Assembly: GCA_012521995.1 (NCBI GenBank)
Contig: JAAYLH010000009.1
Span: forward strand, 38,411-102,410
DNA length: 64,000 bases
Source: Bacteroidales bacterium
Lineage (GTDB): Bacteria > Bacteroidota > Bacteroidia > Bacteroidales > UBA7960
Direction of reading: 5' to 3'
Of the stretch, positions 49,355 to 58,512 are shown piece by piece. The notes below the pieces were generated by a model, which saw nothing but the letters and a program-made list of their open reading frames with translations, was not told the origin of the DNA and ran no database searches. The position numbers were made by a program, and so were the translations under genes. Every line of letters begins with the position of its first letter. The stretch's first letter is position 1.

Positions 49355-49780
49355 ATGAAGAAAATATTTTTGCTTGTCGTGGCAGGCGTATTATTTGCCA
49401 GCTGTGAAAAAGAAACGGTTCTTCCAATGGGTGAAGTGCCTTCTGAAATTACTTCCTATACTGATACTCATTTTCCTGAGCATCCGATTGTCCAGGTGGT
49501 AAAGGACAACGACGGGTTTGAACTCACCTATGATGTTTTGCTGGAGGGGACTATTTCCCTGGAGTTTAACCGTAAGCGGGAAGTGATTGACATTGACTCG
49601 CCATTCAGACTGCCTGATAGTGTCATTCCTCAAAAGATTCTGGATTATGCTTCAGCCAACTATGCGGATTATTTTATTGTTGGCTGGGGAATCGACGACC
49701 GCAATCAGCAAGTCAAACTGAACCATGGACTGGAACTTGAGTTTAATATGAGTGGTGATTTTATTCGTATTGACGATTAA
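49355..49780 (+). CDS. PepSY-like lipoprotein
   Basis: Lipobox FASC; repeated P..I..Y...FP and LEFN motifs. Confidence 0.8.
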   Translation: MKKIFLLVVAGVLFASCEKETVLPMGEVPSEITSYTDTHFPEHPIVQVVKDNDGFELTYDVLLEGTISLEFNRKREVIDIDSPFRLPDSVIPQKILDYASANYADYFIVGWGIDDRNQQVKLNHGLELEFNMSGDFIRIDD

Positions 49781-49805
49781 TAATCAAAAGGAAGGAAATG
49801 AAATC

Positions 49806-50183
49806 ATGAAAAAGTTTGTAATATATATAAATCTTGCCTTTGTCCTTTTTCTTTCTTCAGAAAAAGCCTTTGGACAATACCAGGGCCCAGGGGTTTCGGG
49901 GACCTTGACAACCGTGAAAGAGGTAAAGAAGCATGCAGCACCGTTGGATCGCTCGGATGCCTTGGTGAGGGTTGAGGGGTTTATTATCAGGCAGATCAAT
50001 CAGGACACCTTCGAATTCAAGGATTCGACCGGAACCGTTAAGGTGGAAATCGACCGGGATAAACTTCCCGAAAAGCCCTTTGATGAAAACACCCTCCTGA
50101 TCCTGGTAGGAGAAGTGGACTATGACCTGCTGGAGGGAACGGAGATAGAGGTTGAACAGATTCTCTTCCCGGATCAACCCTGA
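49806..50183 (+). CDS. Bacterial OB-fold (YgiW/YdeI/NirD) stress protein
   Basis: Signal peptide, YQGP, FEFKDSTG.VKVEID and GEVD motifs. Confidence 0.82.
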   Translation: MKKFVIYINLAFVLFLSSEKAFGQYQGPGVSGTLTTVKEVKKHAAPLDRSDALVRVEGFIIRQINQDTFEFKDSTGTVKVEIDRDKLPEKPFDENTLLILVGEVDYDLLEGTEIEVEQILFPDQP

Positions 50184-50217
50184 CCTGCTTTCTGAGGCAA
50201 TCGACCTAAAGAAATTG

Positions 50218-50249
50218 AACCGGATCTTTTTTTGAGGTCCGGTTTTTTT
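50218..50249 (+). terminator. Rho-independent terminator
   Basis: aaccggatc...ggtccggttttttt. Confidence 0.75.
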
Positions 50250-50281
50250 GTTCTTCACGGAAGTTTTTTAAAAATGTTAGC

Positions 50282-50327
50282 AATATTTTAAAATATTAAC
50301 AATGTTAATTAAATTTGCAATGTTAAT
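50282..50327. promoter_or_regulatory. Putative TetR operator/promoter
   Basis: Palindromes AATATTTTAAAATATT (50282-50297) and ATTAACA-A-TGTTAAT (50295-50309) next to TAAATTTG (50310-50317). Confidence 0.5.
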
Positions 50328-50342
50328 TTGTTGAAATTCTTT

Positions 50343-50939
50343 ATGAAAAACAAGGATCTGCAGGAACAAAGGATGCGGGGGTATTTTATTCAGGCCACAC
50401 GGGAGATATTGAAAAGAGAAGGGATAAAAGCCGTCAGTGTGCGCAATATTGCCGAACAGGCCGGGTACTCGTTTGCGACGCTATATAATTATTTCAGGGA
50501 TATCAATGAGCTGGTTTTTCACAGCGTGAGTGATTTCCACGAAGAGTGCAAAGCGTTTGTGGCTGAACATACGATTAAAGAGCCACGGGGCTTAAAAAAG
50601 CTGAAGGCCTCCATTCTGGCCTATATCCGTTATTTCACGGAATATCCGGGGATTTTTGAGTTGTTTTATCTGACCAATGGGGGTGACTTTGGGAACCGGC
50701 AGCAAACCCTTGATGTGATTTCCCATTCCCTCGACAAGGTTTGTGAAGCGGAATGGGATTTTTGTGTCGGGTATGGGAGGTTTTCAGAAACGGAAGCATC
50801 GCAGAAGAGGGCTCAATTGCGGTACGCTGTCATTGGCATGCTGACCCTTTACCTGAACAGGCTGACGCCAAAGACCTATACTGAGTTTATAAGGGAGGCC
50901 AATCAGTTGATTGATTCGGTGCTTGGGCAGGAGGAGTAG
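50343..50939 (+). CDS. TetR/AcrR family regulator
   Basis: SVRNIAEQAGYSFATLYNYF helix-turn-helix. Confidence 0.9.
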   Translation: MKNKDLQEQRMRGYFIQATREILKREGIKAVSVRNIAEQAGYSFATLYNYFRDINELVFHSVSDFHEECKAFVAEHTIKEPRGLKKLKASILAYIRYFTEYPGIFELFYLTNGGDFGNRQQTLDVISHSLDKVCEAEWDFCVGYGRFSETEASQKRAQLRYAVIGMLTLYLNRLTPKTYTEFIREANQLIDSVLGQEE

Positions 50940-50969
50940 AAAGTAGGAAGTAGAAAGTAGAAAGTAAAT
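50935..50969. repeat. Heptamer tandem repeat AGTAGAA, about 5 units
   Basis: agtagaa agtagga agtagaa agtagaa agtaaat. Confidence 0.75.
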
Positions 50970-51010
50970 AATTTTTACTTGGCCGAAAGCAAAAGCAGAA
51001 TGCTGGCAGG

Positions 51011-51451
51011 TTATTTTGAAAGAAAGTTGATGATGATGGTGAGTTGGTCTTTGAGGCGGATCAGGTCTTCCGCTTTGAGATTTCCTTTTAATAATTGACT
51101 GACCAATTGTTCGGGGATTGGGGCAGCCTGTTCCTGCAGCTGTTTTCCTTTTTCGGTGAGGTAAACCAGGACCTTTCGCTCGTCTTCCTCTGAGCGACGG
51201 CGCTCTACCAGGCCCTGCTGCTCCATTCGCTTCAGCAAAGGCGTGATGGTGTTGGTGTTCAGCACCAGTTTTTTGGCAATGTCATTCACGGGGAGTTGGT
51301 CTTTTTCCCAGAGGATCATCAAAACCAGGTATTGGGGATAGGTTATTCCCAGTTCATCAAGCAGGGGCTGATACTCGCGGGTGATGAGGCGGGAAGCCGC
51401 ATACACGGGGAAACACAATTGGTTTTCAAGTTTGAGTTGATCGTACGCCAT
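51011..51451 (-). CDS. OhrR/OspR-like MarR regulator (single Cys)
   Basis: LENQLCFPVYAASR, TYPQYLV and DERKV motifs. Confidence 0.88.
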   Translation of the reverse strand: MAYDQLKLENQLCFPVYAASRLITREYQPLLDELGITYPQYLVLMILWEKDQLPVNDIAKKLVLNTNTITPLLKRMEQQGLVERRRSEEDERKVLVYLTEKGKQLQEQAAPIPEQLVSQLLKGNLKAEDLIRLKDQLTIIINFLSK

Positions 51452-51465
51452 CAATAAAATTTAGG

Positions 51466-51507
51466 CAGGGATTCAATCAAATTTAAGGAAATTTGATTGA
51501 ATCCTTG
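51466..51507. repeat. Perfect 16-bp inverted repeat between gpx and marR
   Basis: ggattcaatcaaattt-aagg-aaatttgattgaatcc at 51469-51504. Confidence 0.85.
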
Positions 51508-51519
51508 CGATGAAACAGT

Positions 51520-52005
51520 TTAGTTGTTGAGTATTTTCTTCACATATTTCTCAATCGCCTCAGGTTTTGTGGTGGGAGAGAACCTTTTGGAAGGCTTGCC
51601 CCTGGTGTCGATCAGGAATTTGGTGAAGTTCCATTTCACGCGCCTGCCAAAAGTTCCCCTCAATTCGCTGGTCAGGTACTTGAAGATGGGGTGAGCGTTT
51701 TCACCATTGACATCCACTTTGGAAAACATCGGGAAGGTGACGCCGTAATTGATCAGGCAGCCTTCGGAGATGGATTTTTCATCGCCCGGCTCCTGGTTGG
51801 CAAACTGGTTGCTGGGAAATCCCAAAATGACCAGTCCCCGGTCCTTGTATTTCTTGTAAAGGGCTTCCAGTCCTTCGTACTGGGGGGTGAGGCCGCATTT
51901 GCTGGCGGTATTTACTACCAGCACGGCCTTGTCCTTGTAGGCTTCCATTTTAATGTCCTTGCCCTGTATGCTTTTTGCTTCAAACTGATAAAAGTTACTT
52001 TTCAT
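51520..52005 (-). CDS. Glutathione peroxidase family (Cys-type), cytoplasmic
   Basis: VNTASKCGLTPQY, GFPSNQF..QEPG and KWNFTKFL motifs. Confidence 0.93.
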   Translation of the reverse strand: MKSNFYQFEAKSIQGKDIKMEAYKDKAVLVVNTASKCGLTPQYEGLEALYKKYKDRGLVILGFPSNQFANQEPGDEKSISEGCLINYGVTFPMFSKVDVNGENAHPIFKYLTSELRGTFGRRVKWNFTKFLIDTRGKPSKRFSPTTKPEAIEKYVKKILNN

Positions 52006-52019
52006 AATGCTTTACGGTA

Positions 52020-52472
52020 TTATTTGTTTTTGTTTCTGTTTCTGAATGCTTTAAAGGCCCCTGTTGACCATAAAGCCCAGGCCACCAATACGGGTTGGAA
52101 GAAAAGCCTGATGAGCCTTGCCTGATCGGTGTCCAGGCCAAAGGCATCCACCTGGTTGACATATTGTGCAATGTTTCCGGGAAAGATCAGGACGAAGAAC
52201 AGGGCCACAATCCAGCCAACCAGGGCTTTCCACTTTGGCAAGAAAACTAGGGAGAGGCCCAGCGTGATTTCGGCAATGCCTGAAAGCACCACCACCAGGT
52301 CATCGGGCAGAGGAACCCAGTTTGGTACCTGGGCAACAAATTCCAGTCGGGAGAAGCTGAGGTGGCTGATTCCGGCAAAGAGGAGGGTAAGCCCCAGCAG
52401 GATCCTCAGGGCATTCAGGATCCAATGAGTTTTGACTCCGTAGGTCCATTTACAATTTTCTGTTATTTTCAT
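52020..52472 (-). CDS. DoxX-like membrane protein
   Basis: AGISHL, SGIAEI.LG, IFPGNI and RLFFQP motifs. Confidence 0.8.
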   Translation of the reverse strand: MKITENCKWTYGVKTHWILNALRILLGLTLLFAGISHLSFSRLEFVAQVPNWVPLPDDLVVVLSGIAEITLGLSLVFLPKWKALVGWIVALFFVLIFPGNIAQYVNQVDAFGLDTDQARLIRLFFQPVLVAWALWSTGAFKAFRNRNKNK

Positions 52473-52503
52473 TAAGTTGTTGTTAGTTAAGATCTTTTTT
52501 GAT

Positions 52504-52560
52504 TGTGTCGTTTGCGATACAAAAGTACAAAAAAATTTTATATCGGAAGCGATATAAAAT
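52504..52560. promoter_or_regulatory. Two putative MarR/OhrR operators flanking the minus-strand -7 element
   Basis: ATTTTATATCG-gaag-CGATATAAAAT (52535-52560) and TGTGTCG-tttg-CGATACA (52504-52521). TACTTTTG on the minus strand at 52520-52527. Confidence 0.65.
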
Positions 52561-52669
52561 GATTTTTTTAAGGATTAACAAAAAATTACAGGCTGATTCC
52601 TCCAAGCCCTTGGTTTGGAATTGATTCAATTGTATTTTTGTGTGATAGTTCAAAAAATCTTCAACCAAA

Positions 52670-53098
52670 ATGATTACCATGAAAAACGTTCTCAGCTTTA
52701 TTATTTTACTTTTCGGGATACTGGCTTTTAGCAGTTCAGTTTTTGCTCAGCGGGGTTTTGAAGACTATGGTACAGAAGAAGGCATCCGAATTCAGTACAG
52801 CTGGGGGCGGGAAAAGATAACCAAGGCTGAGGGTAATGCGGCCCTATCGTTGCGTTTGACCAACACCCACGATTATCCGGTGAGGGTAGTGCTTGATGTT
52901 TCCTTTTACCGCGACCACCTTGAATTGTTTGAGAGCCGTGGGAATGTTTATTGTTTGGAGGCAGGTCAGAGCCTGAGGGGTGCCCTGGCAGGGATGCGTT
53001 TCGTTGCCGAGGGTGTAAGCCTGAGTGATGTCCGGGAAGAATGGTTCTCTTGGGAGGTGGCAGAAATTACCGTAGAGGAGATTTCGGGCTGTAAATAA
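52670..53098 (+). CDS. Hypothetical secreted protein
   Basis: Signal peptide (VFA|Q), beta-rich, two Cys. Confidence 0.65.
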   Translation: MITMKNVLSFIILLFGILAFSSSVFAQRGFEDYGTEEGIRIQYSWGREKITKAEGNAALSLRLTNTHDYPVRVVLDVSFYRDHLELFESRGNVYCLEAGQSLRGALAGMRFVAEGVSLSDVREEWFSWEVAEITVEEISGCK

Positions 53099-53168
53099 TC
53101 GGTTTTATGGGTTTTTGGGCTGTCTTTCCCCCTTCAAAATGCTTAATTTTGCAAGAAAAAAAGCTGTC

Positions 53169-55184
53169 ATGAGCCTACCTGATTTTCATCGTGTCATTTT
53201 GCAGGGCATCCCCGAAGAATTGCCTGCTTCCAAACCCTTTGATCCGGGGGTTAACCACGCGCCCCGGCGCAAGGATTTATTGAGCCTTACTGAGAAAAAG
53301 CTTGCTGTGAAGAATGCCTTGCGTTATTTTCCCGTAAGGCATCATGCAATGCTGGCGCCTGAGTTTGCCAAAGAACTGGAAGATTATGGGCGGATCTATA
53401 TGTATCGGCTTCGTCCTGATTATCCCATTACGGCCAGGGATATTGATGCTTTTCCGCACCAGAGTAAGCAAGCTGCTGCCATTATGCTGATGCTGAGTAA
53501 TAACCTGGATTACGCTGTGGCCCAGCACCCTCACGAGCTGATCACCTATGGAGGCAATGGGGCTGTTTTCCAGAACTGGGCCCAGTACCTGCTGACGATG
53601 CAATACCTAGCCACGATGACCGATGAACAGACCCTTGTGCTTTACAGCGGGCATCCGATGGGCTTGTTTCCCTCGCACAGGGAAGCCCCGCGGGTGGTGG
53701 TCACCAATGGGATGATGATTCCCAACTATTCGAAGCCGGACGACTGGGAGCGCTTCAATGCATTGGGGGTGACCCAATATGGTCAGATGACAGCAGGATC
53801 GTTTATGTATATCGGGCCCCAGGGCATCGTACATGCCACCACCATCACCGTGCTCAATGGAGGGCGGAGACTGCCAGGCAGCGATGGCAGCCTGGCGGGA
53901 AAAGTATTTGTGACAAGTGGGTTGGGGGGTATGTCCGGGGCCCAAGCCAAAGCTGCCGTGATCGCAGGGGCCATAGGCGTTCTGGCAGAGATCAACCCCA
54001 AGGTGACGAAAATCAGGCATGAACAGGGCTGGGTTGATGAAGTTTATCACGATCTGAATACCCTGGTAAACCGTATTAAAGAAGCGAAGCGTCATAAAGA
54101 GGCGGTAAGTCTGGCATACCAGGGTAATATCGTTGACCTTTGGGAAAAGCTGGCGAAAGAAAATGTTCACATCGAACTTGGATCAGACCAGACCTCCCTA
54201 CATAATCCCTGGGCAGGGGGGTATTACCCTGCAGGGCTCAGCTTCGAGGAATCAAATGAGATGATGTCCAAAGACCCTGTGGATTTTAAGGAGCACGTCA
54301 GGGTTTCACTGATCCGCCAGGTGAATGCCATCAGGCAGATGACCGCAAGGGGGATGTATTTCTGGGACTATGGCAATGCCTTCCTGCTGGAAGCGGGCAG
54401 GGCAGGGGCCAATGTGTTCAGAGAGGACGGCACTTATATTTACCCCTCCTATGTCCAGGACATAATGGGACCAATGTGTTTCGACTACGGCTTTGGGCCT
54501 TTCCGCTGGGTATGCACTTCCTCTGACCCCAAAGACCTTCAACTTACTGATCAGATTGCTGCAGAAGTCCTTGAGAAGATGATGCAGGAAGCCCCGGAGG
54601 AAATTCGTCAGCAACTGGCAGATAATCTTTTGTGGATCAGGCAGGCTGAGGAAAATAAACTGGTGGTGGGTTCCCAGGCCCGAATCCTGTATGCCGACAG
54701 CGAGGGGCGCATCCGCATTGCCAAAGCCTTTAACCAGGCTATTCGTGACGGACGCCTTAAAGGACCTGTGGTCCTTGGGCGTGATCATCACGACGTGAGC
54801 GGCACGGACAGCCCTTACCGGGAGACCTCCAATATTTATGACGGTTCACAATTTACCGCTGATATGGCTGTGCAGAATGTCATCGGCGACAGTTTCAGGG
54901 GGGCCACCTGGGTCAGCATCCACAACGGCGGTGGGGTTGGCTGGGGCGAGGTCATCAATGGGGGATTTGGCATGCTGCTCGATGGCACACCGGAGGCTGA
55001 CCGCAGGCTGGAGTCGATGCTTTTCTGGGATGTAAATAACGGCATTGCCCGCAGGAGCTGGGCCCGAAACGAAGGCGCCATCTTTGCCATACAACGTGCT
55101 ATGGAAGTGGAGCCCCGATTGAGGGTGACCCTTCCCAATATGGCCGATGAAAAAATGATTGAAAGTCTCTTCAAAAAAGAATAG
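53169..55184 (+). CDS. hutU: Urocanate hydratase (long form)
   Basis: YGQMTAGS, GLGGMSGAQ, SDQTSLHN, GRDHHDVSGTDSP and HNGGGVGWG motifs. Confidence 0.96.
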   Translation: MSLPDFHRVILQGIPEELPASKPFDPGVNHAPRRKDLLSLTEKKLAVKNALRYFPVRHHAMLAPEFAKELEDYGRIYMYRLRPDYPITARDIDAFPHQSKQAAAIMLMLSNNLDYAVAQHPHELITYGGNGAVFQNWAQYLLTMQYLATMTDEQTLVLYSGHPMGLFPSHREAPRVVVTNGMMIPNYSKPDDWERFNALGVTQYGQMTAGSFMYIGPQGIVHATTITVLNGGRRLPGSDGSLAGKVFVTSGLGGMSGAQAKAAVIAGAIGVLAEINPKVTKIRHEQGWVDEVYHDLNTLVNRIKEAKRHKEAVSLAYQGNIVDLWEKLAKENVHIELGSDQTSLHNPWAGGYYPAGLSFEESNEMMSKDPVDFKEHVRVSLIRQVNAIRQMTARGMYFWDYGNAFLLEAGRAGANVFREDGTYIYPSYVQDIMGPMCFDYGFGPFRWVCTSSDPKDLQLTDQIAAEVLEKMMQEAPEEIRQQLADNLLWIRQAEENKLVVGSQARILYADSEGRIRIAKAFNQAIRDGRLKGPVVLGRDHHDVSGTDSPYRETSNIYDGSQFTADMAVQNVIGDSFRGATWVSIHNGGGVGWGEVINGGFGMLLDGTPEADRRLESMLFWDVNNGIARRSWARNEGAIFAIQRAMEVEPRLRVTLPNMADEKMIESLFKKE

Positions 55185-55237
55185 TTTGGCAGGAAATTTG
55201 ACATTGTGAAGGTATGCAACCACAAAAACACTTTGTC

Positions 55238-55660
55238 ATGAAATCACATAAGGCCCTGTTATTCCTCCTTTTCATCCTTGCTGCCGGGTTTTTAACCAGC
55301 TGTATCGACGATATTGACGATCCTTTTGCTGATCCCGTTGATAAGTTTCTGGGCAGTTGGAAAGCCACCGAGACCAGCACCCTTTACGGTCCGGGATATG
55401 TGTATGACGTGACCGTTACGAGAAACACGGCTAACAGTGTCGAGATCCTGATCTCTAATTTTTACATGCAGGGGGTTCAGGAAAGGGCAAAAGCCCTGGT
55501 CAATGGCAATACGCTCACCATCGTTGAGCAGACCATTTGCGACGGCACCATCACCATTGAAGGGAGCGGCAAGTATGTTTCTGAAAAAATTGAGCTGACT
55601 TACACTGCCCTCGATGGGGCTGATCTGGACCATGTAACGGCCACCTATACCCGCAGGTAA
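55238..55660 (+). CDS. Hypothetical lipoprotein
   Basis: Lipobox LTSC followed by acidic residues; KFLGSW beta domain. Confidence 0.7.
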   Translation: MKSHKALLFLLFILAAGFLTSCIDDIDDPFADPVDKFLGSWKATETSTLYGPGYVYDVTVTRNTANSVEILISNFYMQGVQERAKALVNGNTLTIVEQTICDGTITIEGSGKYVSEKIELTYTALDGADLDHVTATYTRR

Positions 55661-55668
55661 GTTGCGGA

Positions 55669-56142
55669 TTATTCCAGAAATAACTGGGGCCCATCTGCAT
55701 TGAGTGAGTCTTGGCTCAGGCTGTCTGTCTTTGTTTGGGCTTGTTGGCGTTCCAGAAGAAAACCTTCATGTGCAGCTTCTGCTTCCGACATTTTTATGCT
55801 CAGACGATTCAGTATCTCTTCGTGTATCTTCTCCATATCCTCGGGGTGAAGCAGATAACAATCCATGGCTCCCTTAAACTCTTGGTAAGTGACTCCGTGT
55901 TTAGAAAACACCCCTGCAAAAAAATACTCAACAGAGTCCCGGGTCTGCAATAAGGTATTCTGGCGGTTGGAAAGATACCCTTCCATTAGGTAGATGTCGG
56001 TCAGGATATCGGTAACCTTTTCAGCGGGCAGGATCTTGTGGCAGGACTCACGGTCGGGGGATCGAAAGAATCCACAGGAGCCCAGGATCATGGCCATAAT
56101 GATCATGATAGAGAAAGGTTGCAACACATACTTCTTCGGCAT
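55669..56142 (-). CDS. DUF4296-like lipoprotein
   Basis: Lipobox LGSC; ILTDIYL.EG and VFSKHGVT...F motifs. Confidence 0.7.
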   Translation of the reverse strand: MPKKYVLQPFSIMIIMAMILGSCGFFRSPDRESCHKILPAEKVTDILTDIYLMEGYLSNRQNTLLQTRDSVEYFFAGVFSKHGVTYQEFKGAMDCYLLHPEDMEKIHEEILNRLSIKMSEAEAAHEGFLLERQQAQTKTDSLSQDSLNADGPQLFLE

Positions 56143-56194
56143 AAGGAATTATCGTTTTGGGGATTTGCTCTGTCCTTAGACTTATTGCATTATT

Positions 56195-57547
56195 TTACCT
56201 GGAGAACTCTAGTGCTTGCCCCCTAATGCTTTCGTTAAAGGTGCCTTTCTCAAAAACGGGTGTCCCATTGACAAAAGTATATATTACTGAAGAATTTAGG
56301 ATCGTCCCTTCCAGTGGAGACCATCCGCAATGGTAAAGCACGTTTTCTTCTGTCACCGTTTGTTGGCTATTGGGGTCAACGACAACCAGGTCAGCAGCAT
56401 AGCCATGGCGGATAAAACCACGGTTTTTTACCTGGAAGCATATGGCAGGATTGTGGCACATCAATTGAACCATTTGTTCCAGGCTCAATACCTTTTGTCT
56501 AACCAATTGGAGCATGACTGGCAGCGAATGCTGAACCATAGGAGCTCCTGAGGGGCATTTGAGGTAGGGCTCTTGTTTCTCCGGGAAGGTATGCGGGGCA
56601 TGGTCAGTAGCCACCACGTCAATAAGTCCGTTCAGTAAAGCTTCCCTGAGGGCCTTGCGGTCAGCCCGGGTTTTGATGGCTGGGTTCCATTTGATGAGGC
56701 TGCCCCGTTCGGAATAATCGGCATCAGTAAACCAGAGATGGTGCACGCAAACTTCAGCAGTGACCAGTTTATCCTTGAGGGGAATCTTATTGTCGAGCAA
56801 TTTCATCTCGTCGGCAGTACTCAGGTGGAGCAGGTGGAGCCGGGTGCCGTACCAATTTGCCAGGTCAACAGCCAGTTCGGAGGACCGCATGCAGGCTTTG
56901 CGGCTTCTGATGACGGGGTGCTGGTCCATCGGGATTTTTTCCCCGAAAGATTCTTTTGCCAAGGCAAGGTTCTCGCTGATGGTGGCTTCGTCTTCGCAAT
57001 GCACGGCCACTGGCAGGCTGGCGTACCTGAATATCCCTGAAAGAGTCTTGGGGTTATCCACCAGCATATTGCCTGTTGAGGCACCCATAAAAATCTTGAT
57101 GCCGCAGACGTGTTGCGGGTCGGTGGCCTTCACCTCCTCAAGGTTGTCGTTAGTGGTGCCCATGTAAAAGGAGAAGTTGGCCAGGCTGTTTTGCTGACCC
57201 AGCAGGAATTTCTCTTCCAGGGCTTTTTGGGTTACCGTTTGGGGTTGGGTGTTGGGCATTTCCATAAAGCTGGTCACTCCCCCAGCCACGGCTGCTTTTG
57301 ATTCGCTGTAGATATTCCCTTTGTGGGTAAGCCCGGGTTCGCGGAAATGTACCTGGTCGTCAATTACCCCGGGCAAAAGCAGGAGCCCCTCCAGATTTAT
57401 GTGACGATAGTTCTCGCTGATACTCCCCTGTAAACTACCTTCAAAGACCTTTTCAATTTTGCCGTCCCTGATCAACAGGCTTCCTTTAAAGGATTTGCCT
57501 TCGTTTACAAGGGTGGCATTTTTCAGAAAAAATGCATTGCCCGCCAT
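56195..57547 (-). CDS. pyrC: Dihydroorotase
   Basis: PGVIDDQVHFREPG, EMPNT, KWNP and ATDHAPH motifs. Confidence 0.9.
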   Translation of the reverse strand: MAGNAFFLKNATLVNEGKSFKGSLLIRDGKIEKVFEGSLQGSISENYRHINLEGLLLLPGVIDDQVHFREPGLTHKGNIYSESKAAVAGGVTSFMEMPNTQPQTVTQKALEEKFLLGQQNSLANFSFYMGTTNDNLEEVKATDPQHVCGIKIFMGASTGNMLVDNPKTLSGIFRYASLPVAVHCEDEATISENLALAKESFGEKIPMDQHPVIRSRKACMRSSELAVDLANWYGTRLHLLHLSTADEMKLLDNKIPLKDKLVTAEVCVHHLWFTDADYSERGSLIKWNPAIKTRADRKALREALLNGLIDVVATDHAPHTFPEKQEPYLKCPSGAPMVQHSLPVMLQLVRQKVLSLEQMVQLMCHNPAICFQVKNRGFIRHGYAADLVVVDPNSQQTVTEENVLYHCGWSPLEGTILNSSVIYTFVNGTPVFEKGTFNESIRGQALEFSR

Positions 57548-57591
57548 GGTTTTAATGTTTTGGGTCAGAAAAAGTTGAAAAGAAAAACAAA

Positions 57592-58329
57592 TCAGGCTTT
57601 ACGTTCGTAAGTCCTGAAGAAACTCTGCCAGCGCAGTTTGATAACGCCCAGAACAGCTTCTTTGAAGATTCCCTTACTCATTTTGGAAACGCCTTCTGAG
57701 CGGTCCATGAAAATGATGGAAATCTCTTTGATTTTGAAACCCATTTTCCAGGCGAGGAATTTCATCTCGATCTGAAAGGCATAGCCAGTGAACTGAATTT
57801 TGTTCAGGTTGATTGCCTGGAGCACTTCTCTGCGGTAACATTTGAAGCCCGCCGTAGTGTCTCGGATTCCCATACCCGTGATAAGGCGAACATAAGCCGA
57901 TGCATAGTAGGACATCAGCACCCTTCCCATGGGCCAGTTAACCACATTGACCCCATTGATGTATCTTGAGCCAATGGCCAAGTCATAACCATCCACGGCA
58001 CAAGCCTCATGAAGACGGAGCAGGTCTTCGGGATTATGGGAGAAGTCGGCATCCATTTCGAAGACATATTGGTAATCTCTTTCCAAAGCCCATTTGAACC
58101 CGTGGATATAGGCCGTTCCCAGTCCTTGCTTGCCTTTTCTGACTTCAAGAAACAACCTGTCTTTGAAAGATGGCATCAATTCACTGACGATATCCGCAGT
58201 GCCGTCGGGAGAGTTATCGTCAATCACAAGGATATGGAAATCTTTGGGCAGGCTGAATACCTTCCTGATCATCTTTTCGATGTTCTCTTTCTCCTTGTAA
58301 GTCGGTATAATAATCAAGCTTTCGGCCAC
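57592..58329 (-). CDS. Polyprenol monophosphomannose synthase (DPM1-like GT2)
   Basis: IIPTY.E, DDNSPDGT, GLGTAY and MDADFSH motifs. Confidence 0.92.
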   Translation of the reverse strand: MAESLIIIPTYKEKENIEKMIRKVFSLPKDFHILVIDDNSPDGTADIVSELMPSFKDRLFLEVRKGKQGLGTAYIHGFKWALERDYQYVFEMDADFSHNPEDLLRLHEACAVDGYDLAIGSRYINGVNVVNWPMGRVLMSYYASAYVRLITGMGIRDTTAGFKCYRREVLQAINLNKIQFTGYAFQIEMKFLAWKMGFKIKEISIIFMDRSEGVSKMSKGIFKEAVLGVIKLRWQSFFRTYERKA

Positions 58330-58512
58330 GGTCTCATTCAGGTTTTGGGCTCCGGAGTATTGGATCCTGGAAAAGATAACTTTTTATGGATGCTGTAATT
58401 TCCCTTTTCTTTAGAAAAGTCAAAATTAGTGTTTTGAACCGAATAATTAAAAAAAAATGCATTTTAAAGGTTTTGAAGGGTTTTCCTGCAACAGAATAGC
58501 TAATTTTGAATC

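Noticed and set aside
53169-55184. Long, eukaryote-like urocanase without other hut genes
   Set aside because: The long form and dispersed hut genes are ordinary in this phylum.
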